A stretch of 52,129 nt of DNA, from positions 1,156,299-1,208,427 of the forward strand of contig BFEA01000036.1 in assembly GCA_003427395.1 (NCBI GenBank), read 5' to 3'. The translations under genes were made by a program, and so were the position numbers. Positions 26,700 to 36,899 of the stretch are shown piece by piece. The notes beneath the pieces were generated by a model, which saw only the letters and a program-made list of their open reading frames with translations, had not been told where the DNA came from and did not search any database. Position 1 is the first letter of the stretch. Each line of letters opens with the position of its first letter. The stretch is from Chara braunii. Its lineage: Eukaryota; Plantae; Charophyceae.

Positions 26700-29269
26700 A
26701 GGAAGAGGTCAGTCGGCTGAGTAGAAGCAGATGTCTCAGCACGACGAGCACGATCATATGTACGCACCAACATCTTGGCGTGCTGCAAGTGCTCGAGAGG
26801 CTCTCAAGTAGCCCCCTCATCAGGGTAGCCCTTCCAACGCACAAGGTACTCGATGCGTGGAGGGGTATCGTCGGTAACTCGGCGTGATACGATGTCGAAA
26901 ACAACGAACTCCTCGTGACCGTCCACCATGATAGGTGGAGGGCGCTCATAAGGGCGTCCNGCGAAGCGCTCGGACGGTCTGCGATAAGGACGCAGCAAGG
27001 AGACGTGGTACACATCGTGTACGCGAACCTGTCGAAGGTAATCAGGTAGCTTCACACGAAAACTGACCGGACTAGCGGCAGTATCAGAACCGACGGCCTG
27101 AAGGATGCGGCATGGACCGAAAAAACAACGCCTGAACTTGCGAAGCGTATCTGCTTCGAGCTGTAAGTGGCGTGCGTCGACGAGCACATCGTCACCGACT
27201 TTGAATGGATGATCCATTCATGATCAGTTCGCTCGTGCGGCCATGCGAGTCTGGGAGTCGGTTAAACTCTCGTGTGCGCGCTTCATAATCGCCGCCATGT
27301 GGGCGATCCAGTCGTCAAGCGCAAGGCAACGAGTGTCTGGCGCAACCGCGATGGTCGTAGGAAATCCGCGGGTACGCGAGGGTGGTAGTTGAGGTCGCAA
27401 TAGAATGGCAACATCCCCATGGCTGGCGAAACAGCGTGGTTGTACGCAATCTCCGCGTGGGCTAAGTGTAAGTCCCACTGCTGGTCATCCCTAACAAACT
27501 TTCGGAGGATATTACCAAGAGTTTTATTTGTGACCTCAGTCTGACCATCCGTCTGAGGGTGGTAAGACGATGAGAAGCGGAGCTGGGATCCATACACCTC
27601 GTGTAGGCGTCGCCAGAATGTGCTGGTAAAGCATGGGTCACGGTCGGAGATGATGCTCTGAGGTAAGCCGTGATCTCTCACGACTCGGTCGAAGACGATG
27701 TCGGCGACCTCACGAGCGCTAATACGATAGCGGAACGAGACAAAACGTGCACGCTCCGTGAAACGATCGACGACGACCAGGATAGCATCATGACCACGCT
27801 CAGTGGGTGGGCGAAGGGGACCAATGAAATCCATCGAGATGGACTGCCAACGACCTTCAGGTATGGGTAGGGGTTGAAGTAACCCATACGGAAGGTGGTT
27901 CGCACTGTTCACCTCCTGGCAGGTAGGACACTCATAGATGTAGGCTTTGACAAAGTCATTGGACTGCAGACATATAGGCGGCAAACACGAGCCAACGTCT
28001 TGTAGAAACCCATATGACCGACAACTGCCTGGTCATGGAACTCTGCTACAGCCTCGACGAGGAGCTGTCCGGTGGAGGGAACGCAGATACGTGGTTCTAG
28101 CTTACCAGATCTGCCATGCCAGTACACGAGGCCGTTCTCCCCGAGGGAGTAGGAAGAAACGGTCTTGCCACTCCGCAGTGTCGCGTGGATAACGCGATAA
28201 TCGGGGCAGTGGCGGTACTGAGTGCGATACGCGTCGATCACCGACTGATCAACAGTGGTGATGGAGATGGCAGCAAGATGGATGGGTTCCTGATTGTGAT
28301 CAGGACGGCGGGACAAGGCATTGGCGACGCGGTTCGTTTCACCCTTGATGGGCTGAGTGGTGGAACTGAACTCGGATAAGTCACGCTACCAGCGTGCCTG
28401 TCGAGGGGAAAACTTAGGCTTTGTGAGGAAAGCCTGGACAACTAAGTTGTCCGTGCGCACCGTGAAGGGCGCCCCGTGCAGATAATGACGCCAATGCCGG
28501 GTAGCATAAACTACTGCAAGAACCTCACGTTCATCGGCAGTGTAGTTTATCTCGGCAGACTGTAGCTGACGGGAGTAGAAAGCGATTGGGCAATCCCCAA
28601 CACGAGCCTCGACAGTCCCATCCTCCGCGATGGTCGGGGAGTAAGTAACAGGAGGACTGTCAGTGGAGGGAAGTGGNGGGAGGGTAGGCGTCAGTCGAGA
28701 AGCAGTGTCAGCAGGAGGGGGGGGGGAAGGAGGAACATGGGGGTAAGGTGAATCTGGAGGAGAGGGAAACACCTGAGAAAGGACAGCTCCTACTGCAAAA
28801 TCTGACGCATTGGTGGTGACGATAAAGGGACGATCAAAATCGGGAAGGCGAAGAACCGGGGCACAGGTCACCGCCTTCTTGAGGGCGCGAAAGGCGTCCT
28901 CGCACAGGGGTGTCCAAAACCACGGCGGGTTCTTTCGGAGGAGGGTAGAGGTAGGGACGTAGGAATACCTAGCGTATCCCTGGATAAATTTACTATAGTA
29001 GCTGGTGAGGCATAGGAAACTGCGAAGCTGCTTGGCAGATGTGGGGACGGGCCACTCTGCAATAGCAGTGATCTTCGCGTCGTCCATGTGGAGACCCTTG
29101 TCAGACACATGGTGTCCTAGGAAGTCCACTTTGCGCTGGGCAAAGCGACACTTACTTAGCTTGGCATAGAAGCCATGCTTGCATAAGCGCTGTAGGACAT
29201 CGCGGAGGTGTCTGAGATGGTCTTCTAAGGTACGACTGTAGACCAGGATGTCGTCCAGGTATACGAGAA
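26700..29269 (-). pseudogene. pol: pol fragment: RT C-terminal half, RNase H, integrase, chromodomain
   Basis: VLVYLDDILVYS; LSKCRFAQRKVDFLGH; TNASDFAVGAVLSQ; PIAFYSRQL; EFHDQAVVGHMG and CPTCQ zinc finger; WQSISMDFI; ISDRD; YHPQTDGQTE; FFGPCRI; IEYLVRWKGYPDEGAT*EPLEHL. Confidence 0.95.
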
Positions 29270-30700
29270 CGGGGGAGAGAAAATAGAATAAACAATAAAA
29301 TTTCGAGATAAAAATAAAATAAAAGAATAAATAGAAATAAATAAATAAATAAAATGTAAAGATTGAGGAGAGAAATAATATTTATTTTTTTGGAATTTTC
29401 GGCAGCATTTTTCCACCCCGCATGGGGTCAAAAATGTGCCAAGAGGAAGGAAAGTACAAGAGGGACACACTAACTTTCAAAATGCCGCAAATTAAAATTT
29501 TTAGAAAAATAAATAAGTAAATAAATAAATTAAATAAGGAGGTGGAAGAGGATGAAGAGAAGCTAAGTTTTGGAATTTTTCAAAAATTTCGGCAGCATTT
29601 CGTTACCCCACGTGTGTCGTTAAGAAAAAGGACTATGTAGAATGGAAAAATTTGGCCAGCGCTTCGCTATCCCCAAGGGGTCAAAATGTGCGCCGACAAC
29701 AAAGAAAGGCTAAGTCCTAGCAAGATATAGAGGTGTCGCAGAAATTTTCGAATTTTCAGAATAAATAAAATAAATTAAAAAAAAAATTCAGAAAATAAGA
29801 AAAGAGGTAGGAAATAAGATGATTCAGATTTTTGGAGGAAAAGATTTTTTTTTAATTAAAAAGAAAGAGAAAAGAAGAAAAACAGAAAAAATCGAAGTGC
29901 GGGGGGGGGGGGGGGGGAAAAAGTGATGAAAAAAAGAGAAATAGGTGGGAAAGAGAAAAGATTGAAGTGGTAGGTGAGGGAGATGATTGGGTTGTAGTTG
30001 GGGGAAGAAAGGAGGAGAGGAGGGTAAAAGAATGAGAGAGAAAGCTATGGAAAAGGTGAAGAAAAGAGTGAGAGATTAGTAAAAGAAGGTGAGTGGAGAG
30101 AGAGGAGAGAAAAAGATGGTGGGAGATGAGTGAAGAGGGAAGGATATGAGAGATTAAGGGGAAGGAGAGGAGAGAAGTAGNNNGGGGGGGGGATGAAAAA
30201 GTGATGAAAAAAAGAGAAATAGGTGGGAAAGAGAAAAGATTGAAGTGGTAGGTGAGGGAGATGATGGGGTTGTAGTTGGGGGAAAAAAGGGGGAAAGGAG
30301 GGTGAGAAAATGAGAGATAAAGCTATGGAAAAGGTGAAGAAAAGAGTGAGAGATTAGTAAAAGAACGTGAGTGGAGAGAGAGGAGAGAAAAAGATGGTGG
30401 GAGATGAGTGAAGAGGGAAGGGTATGAGAAATTAAGGGGGAGGAGAGGAGAGAAGTAGAGAAAAGAAGCAAGGAGAGTGAGGTTGGGAGAGGAGAGAGTA
30501 AAAATATGGTAGTGGATGGAGAAAGAGTGAAGGGGATGAGAGATTAGTGGGGAGAAGAGGAGAGAAATGAGAAAAGTGAAGAGAAGAGTGAGAAAAGGTG
30601 ATGGATGAGTGGCGGTGAAAGAAAAAGAAAATCAGATGATGAAGGGGAGAGAGGGAAAAGGGAGTGGGAGAGTGAATTAGGGATGAGAAAGGTGATACCC
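29270..30700. repeat. A-rich and purine-rich (GA) non-coding tract inside the LTR element, with a ~280 bp tandem duplication
   Basis: GAAAAAGTGATGAAAAAAAGAGAAATAGGTGGGAAAGAG occurs at ~29917 and ~30195. Confidence 0.8.
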
Positions 30701-31406
30701 AACTTTTGGGTAACCAAGAGCATACAACTTCACCAAAATCCACAAGATTTTGACCTTCACACACCCCTTGGGAGAAGGGGTCTTCAAGGTGGTGATGAAC
30801 TGCTGCTGCACATTATCTGGGGTTCGCTGAGATCTTGATCAGCCACCCAGTTCCACTGTAGTGCAGCCCCCTAACCAGGGGGGTCTTCAAAAAAAATCCT
30901 CAGCAAACTGTCACGTGGCACTTTTGGAGATGGTCACGGGTCAAGAGAGGAGATGTAGAGGGCAAAAACTCTTTTGCCAATAACTTTTCATCCGGTGGGT
31001 GAAATTTGGCAAAAGGGGTCTTGTTGGAACGCTTTTTGAAAGCCGCTTCCAACGAGATAAGGCTCAGCATTAGCCACTGCCTAAAGTAATAGCGCTCGTT
31101 GAAAAAACGAGCGCGGGTGGTTATTTTGGAGCTTTTAAAAAATTCGCGATCTTTGAAAGATCGTAGCTCCTCAACCACTGCACTGAATTAAGCGATCTAT
31201 AGCTTTTAGAAGCGACTCGTCGAGAGCTTTCCAACAAGCTAAAGATCAGTAAATTCGGACCACCGGTGCAGAAGTTACAATCGAAAGAGTGCACCGGTGT
31301 CATTACCAACGAAAAATGGCGAGCGTTTTTTTTTTTTTTTTTTGCTCAAACCGCGTGGCAACTGATAGGTGGGGTGGGTGGGGGAGAGGAGAAGGGAGAA
31401 AAGCCT

Positions 31407-31418
31407 GCTCTGATACCA
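31407..31418 (-). promoter_or_regulatory. Primer-binding site complementary to tRNA-iMet 3' end
   Basis: TGGTATCAGAGC on the minus strand, 1 nt after the LTR-terminal CA. Confidence 0.93.
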
Positions 31419-31419
31419 G

Positions 31420-31775
31420 TGTGACGGACCCGCCGGGATGGCGGTCCGTCAGGATCAAGACGAAGAGATGAGGATGGGGGAGATAGAGATGGAGCTGAAA
31501 GGGACAGCGCAACTCCAACGCAGACTCAACACGCACGTACTCCAATCTGTGCAAATGAAGAATGAGTCACAAAACAAACTGCAGCTGGGGTATACCCCCA
31601 GCGGACTGACTGGACTGGACTGGATTGGTACCGACAGTGGTACCGGGAAGGGCTGGACTGGACTAAATAACCACACGGCCTGTGGGGTCAGGCCACGGCC
31701 TGGTCCCACAGGCCGAACTGGCAAATAGCCAAATAGGCCCTGGCTGTAGGCCAAGGCAAATGAAGGCTCGCTGCA
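31420..31775 (-). repeat. 5' LTR
   Basis: Homologous to 25416-25776 and adjacent to the PBS. Confidence 0.95.
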
Positions 31776-32155
31776 GTACCTATCGGGATTATTTCATGGT
31801 TGGATTATGTGGTCCAAGCTAATCCGGAACCGAATGTTTCCACGGAGCCACCGTAGGCAGTGTCAGTACCTAAGCCAACTCCAGACTAGCCTTTGTGTCA
31901 CTCCAAACTAGTCCGGAACCGAATGTTTCCTCGGAGCTACCCCAAGCAGTGTCTTGACAAAGCGAACTTTAGACCAGCCTGTGCACCTATCAGGTATAAA
32001 CATGACGAATGAGCATAGTATGGAGAGGGCAGGGTTATCGGTCCGTAACCATCGCACCAGTTCGCCACAGGGCCGATTCCTACCACGGAAAACCTCCAGC
32101 CCATCCCCCCCCCAGTCGATTATGAACTATGAGTTATGTATTATGTGTTATGTGT

Positions 32156-32220
32156 ATTGGAGTTGAACCCAGGACCTCCAAGTTACAGTATCTGAGCTCT
32201 ACCCACTGAGCTATTGAGGT
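32156..32220 (-). pseudogene. tRNA-like cassette 3 (anticodon position TGT; 3' acceptor strand missing)
   Basis: A box TAGCTCAGTGG, D stem GCTC/GAGC, B box GGTTCAACTCC at canonical tRNA spacing. Confidence 0.7.
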
Positions 32221-32307
32221 CGTTAGTCTGTAAAGGTGTTACTATGCCAGGCTCGGGGCAAGTACGTGGGGTGCAATCTACACCAACCAATTGTGCTCGG
32301 GGGAAAT

Positions 32308-32381
32308 TGCGGGCTTGACAAAGTCGAACCCACAACCTCCCCGTTGCAACACCAGAGCTCTGTCCACTAAGCTACCACACA
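32308..32381 (-). pseudogene. tRNA-like cassette 2 (anticodon position TGC; degenerate)
   Basis: TAGCTTAGTGG...AGAGC...GGTTCGACT; most stems broken. Confidence 0.65.
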
Positions 32382-32442
32382 CTTGCTTTTACGAACTGGT
32401 CGTCTCAAAGGTAAGACACCAAGCATGCCACATGTACTATCG

Positions 32443-32515
32443 TGGGGGCAATGGGAGTTGAACCCATGACCTCCTGAGTGTCGCTTAAACGCCTTACCAA
32501 TTGAGTTACACCCAG
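32443..32515 (-). pseudogene. tRNA-like cassette 1 (anticodon position GAC; degenerate)
   Basis: 73 nt; TAACTCAATTGG A box; perfect T arm ATGGG-TTCAACT-CCCAT; partial acceptor stem. Confidence 0.7.
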
Positions 32516-32519
32516 TAGG

Positions 32520-35400
32520 TCAATCTCTAGTTCGCTGGATCCCGAGCTACTTTAGTGTCCTCTAGCTACTTTGCTTAGATCCTTCCTCTAGTTTGTTTCC
32601 ATATCAGTCTCCCGTGACCAAAATGAAAAACGGGCAATCAAGTGTTTACACTAGACATGCCCAATCTCTACCCTTCCTCCTTGCAAAATCATTCTTTGAG
32701 GAGTGGTCTCTCCAAGTTTTCTACTGAATCAATCATACCTTGGAGGCACGAGGTTTCACGGAACCATGCTATTTTATCGAATCTCGTTGTGGAAGTGGCC
32801 ACCTTACGCCTCTCGTCTACCAAAATAGTTGTACGTAGGCCTCGAAGAAAGGTCACCCGTAGATTTTTATTCGGTCAGTCGTTGTCGTCAAACACTCCGT
32901 CGTTCTTTGTCGCCAAATGGTTGCGAAGCCCACGAATCTTATAGTTTAGGCCATGTAGATCCATCCTTTAGAGATAGGCCAACTCTCTGGAACCCCACCT
33001 AGGAGGACACAATTTTTGGTCCATTGGAAAGTTGGGTAAGAATCTTTCTCCCAAAACTTGGCAATCCATTTTCCCAACCGTGTAGGCATTGCCAGTGGAC
33101 AGTCCCACCAGAGGTGGACTGTGGACTCAAAAGCCCAATTACATCTTTTGCAAGTCGGATCGACCCTCAGGCCATTTTCCACCAACCAAACCGCAGACGG
33201 GGATGCCCTCAGTGACAGAAGCCACATGATAGCAACTTGCCTTCGATAAGCAATTACCTTTAATTGCTCCGATCAACTAAGCAACACTTTGCTTATGTCT
33301 TTGTCCTCTAGGTCAATCCGTTGTGGTTGGCGAGCTCTAGCTGTTACCACCGGTAATTTCACAGGCATAATTAAATGATATCCGATTATCTGGTGGCAGT
33401 CCAAAAGCCTCAGGGTTTTCTCATGCTTGCGTCACGCCCTTCATTCTCACTGTTTTGGATCTATTTGCAATTTAGGTACAGGTTTACAGTTATCAAAGAT
33501 TATGCACGAAATGTTACATGAGTCATCTATGTTCAAAAAAACTCTCACCCGTATGAGTTACAAGCCTACCAACTGTTGGATAATTTATGGGTCGCACTGT
33601 GAAAGATCGTTGGTCAGTCAGCTATCACAGATCCACTTCCTATTTGTTTAAATTTCCATAAGTTTCTACATGCGGTCCTCAAGAGTGACTTTGCTGTATA
33701 ACCACGTATCGAAAAAATCTACCTCATTAAGGTCAATTAGGGTTTTCCATATCTCGGGGATGACATGCATGATAAAATGCTTCATGACAACAACATACCA
33801 AAGTCTGCCAAGTTTTCCTTAAAGTTGATCGTCAGATAGCCACTATCACATCACATCGTCATATAAGTCTCTGATCCTATGTACACCCTGTTCGATCCAC
33901 GGGCGACCAAAACTAGATGAGGCTGAATCAACCTTAATCCAGTCATCGTGTGGCAGTCTGATATGAGGGTTTTCAAAGATTGGTTGAGCAATACTTCTCA
34001 TTTGACGCATGAACCATACATTGGGCTGCAGTTTCTTCCAAGCTTGAACGATGGCAAGCCAAAAAGGCGATTTAAGGTTCATTCGAACGATTAGGGGGGG
34101 CAACGGCCGCCGGAACGCTAGTACTGCGTTGTATTGCGCTATCGATGGGCAACCAAGTTACTGAACTGAAGTTACCGTTAGCAATAGTCTGGTGGTAGTG
34201 AGTCCGGTGACGAATTGTAATACAAGGTCCATCTCCATCGCTCAAATTGCACCACCAGGTCTCGGACTATGGTTGGTGGCCCCAGGAAAGTGTCGTGGTC
34301 GTACCTCCCCCTTGAGTCAGGGAGCGCATGCCTTCGTGCTCAAGACACTCAACATCTTGGTGACCCCTTCAAGTTATCAACTACTATGCATAATCTCATC
34401 TTGACACTCCTTAATCGAGAAGACTTATTTTCTTCTTCACATCATGTCATTGTCCTGGTTGCCCTCATCGGCGTGGATGCTTGGATTTTAGCGTAATTCG
34501 TAACGAGGATAACTTCCGATGCGGAATGTCCTCAAATTCAGGCAAAATTCTTTCTGTTGTATTACAATTGGGGAGATAGGATTGTGCGACTTGGAACACA
34601 AGGTAGGCTAACGACATATTTTGACTAAAGGAGAAGCAAAATGGGTAATGAGGGTGGAAGATCTCGTTCGGACCATCCGAAGTTTTGAAAGTCGGAAGCT
34701 GCAAGGAATAGAAGATCGTAGACGGAACCAATCTATATGGCTATGCCAAGAGAGTTGCGTTCAGTCGACGCTGGTCACGGTACCACTTATGACCATGATG
34801 TGCTAGCATTATACGTAACAGGATTTCGGGTGGGCAGGGAGTTTTATAATTAGGAACCGCCAATTTTTTGCTTAGGGCCAATCGCCTTTCTTAATATTGT
34901 TTATCAAGAAAATTGTTTTCCTTTGTAGTTCGGTAATACTGCGTTGACCACCTTTAGCGACCCAAGTGTTTGTACCTTGTTGCACGTGGTAGCACGCGTA
35001 CTCACAGTTTCGACGTACTTTTGAGATAGCCCATAACTGCATAAGAGGTTATCACTACGAAGAACAACTCATGTGACAAGGAGTTCAAGACAAACGTTGT
35101 TCTCCGATTTCGGAGGGGGAGAATATTAAATGGGAGGAAGGCAAGGGGACAATTCGTTTGCACATCGGGGATTCTTTGAAGGTGGGAGTTGCAAGGAGTG
35201 AGTGATCGGAGACGTATCCAAGATAGTAGTGTTCGGCATGTAGGACTAGTCAGAGTCGTCTCACTTGATTCTCTCGTTGACATATTGTGCTCGCTCCATG
35301 ACAACTTGAGATGAGGGCGGGAAAGGAGCTTCACTGATTGAGTAGGAACCAGCAACGGTCTGTTTAAGGTCAATCGCTTCTCAATGTCTGTATCCCCTCA
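32520..35400 (-). mobile_element. Decayed L1/Tx1-type LINE, 3' part of ORF2
   Basis: zf-RVT-like CKRCNWAFESTVHLWWDCP; IWRQRNDGVF; SPFWLAIVQAWKKL; QPIFENPHI; GVHRIRDL. RT core not seen; right boundary approximate. Confidence 0.8.
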
Positions 35401-35455
35401 ACCCCCTCCCTCCTTTCTGTTCCCTAAATGTCGTCACCAACCTGATTACCAAGTG

Positions 35456-35458
<3 letters not shown>

Positions 35459-35501
<43 letters not shown>
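35459..35501. repeat. (AG)n microsatellite between the two LINEs
   Basis: Seen directly. Confidence 0.95.
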
Positions 35502-35505
<4 letters not shown>

Positions 35506-36899
35506 ATTGGTGTTAGGTTCTGCAAGGATGTAGGAATGACACATTGGCGAAACACCTCGCAGGAGTTGGACAGGGATAGATGAAATGTTTATAGATAAGT
35601 CGAATACATGCAGTGGTAATTCTAAGGCTAATAACCTGATGTAGAAAAATAGTTGCGAGTTATTAGTCGGATCGGAATTGAAAGCGAGTACGTAATTCCT
35701 CAACACGAAGACACAAAAGGCAAACCCTAAGTGTAATCGGGCTAAATGGTCTTCCATGCTGGTGGGAAGCTAGGAGTAACGAAAGTAGCCCCTATAAATC
35801 ACTACAGGCTAAGAAAAGTTAATTGGTCACGTGCGGAGTCAAACTCTGGGCTTAAGGAGGTGGCATGTCTACTTCACCAAGAAAATAAACTCGAATGCGA
35901 AAGCAGATAATTTCTCAAACTTTCTTATCGAACTTTTTCAGTGTAATCAGGAAATCGAGGTCTTTTTACAATTCATCGGGTGGCAGTATAGGAAAAAATC
36001 CACAACAACTAGTACCATTTGGTCAAAATTGACATTTTTTAATTTTTTGAACGAAATTGAAACCGAGTTTCGTCGCCAAAACCTCATCCAAACATAATGG
36101 GTTCGCACCTCCCAACACTAGGGAAGGCTGAAAATCACAGTTGCATCTAACACTTAGGTGGACCTAACACTGCATATACAGGTTGGTCATAAGGAATCTC
36201 TTGACCACTCCCATGAGCACACCTTAGGAGGAGATAGCTTGCAAAAGGTTTCTCTCCCAAAAAAACGCACGAATCAACGAGGCAACTAACGAGAAAAATG
36301 CATCCAAAACAGTCAATCGATCACTTTTTCCCAAGGGTTTCACAGGGGCGGGAGAGGCTGTTGTTTCAGGCTAACTATCTCGAACAATATGGAAAGGAAA
36401 GATAAAAGTATCTTTTATGATCATGATTAGGGCCCCATGATACTTACCTTTAGATAAACTAAGGGTACATTGGGTTTGCCAGTTGTCAAGGTGGATGGTC
36501 AACCAACCGAACTCACAATCCTGGGGAATGTGAGGAAGATCATCAAAGAGCTTGGCCAATGCAGATCTTGTTCGACCCAAGCATGGGCAGGCATGCGATT
36601 GACATACCGACGGGGAAAAAAATAAATTTGTATACTATTTCGTTGCGCATCCACATTTATGATGAATTAAAAGAAAATTTACATGCCCTCTATTTACACT
36701 GGGTAGCCATCTCGAAGTTCACTAATCATAACAACAAAAACCTGCAGTCTATGTAACTCATGGAAGGATTATCAACAAAAGTGATTGTGGATTGAAGGCC
36801 CCTAACTGCTCTGAAGGAGTTCGTTCTTTGAGAGCAATTCGGAGCTCAGATGAAGAGTCTGTGGACTCTCATTGAGATATCTACAATACCCGAAGAGAA

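Larger units (their letters stand above)
25416..31775 (-). mobile_element. Ty3/gypsy chromovirus LTR retrotransposon, internally deleted (no gag or protease)
   Basis: TG..CA LTRs at both ends, 5-bp TSD GTACC (25411-25415 and 31776-31780), tRNA-iMet PBS, RT-RH-INT-chromodomain order. Confidence 0.95.
24456..32157 (+). mobile_element. Unclassified non-coding repeat with ~85-105 bp tandem units and (TTATG)n-like tails, interrupted by the LTR element
   Basis: Core CCGGAACCGAATGTTTCC[AT]CGGAGC at 25150, 25256, 25341, 31824, 31913. A shared ~110 bp terminal block plus TTATG tail occurs at 25026-25137 and 32029-32157. Confidence 0.6.

Noticed and set aside
25150-31945. CRISPR-like array of 29 nt direct repeats
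   Set aside because: The spacers are homologous to each other (AAGCCAACTCTAGACCAG), the context is eukaryotic and there are no cas genes.
32156-32515. Functional tRNA genes
   Set aside because: Acceptor and anticodon stems are broken and U33 is missing in two cassettes, so they are reported as tRNA-like only.
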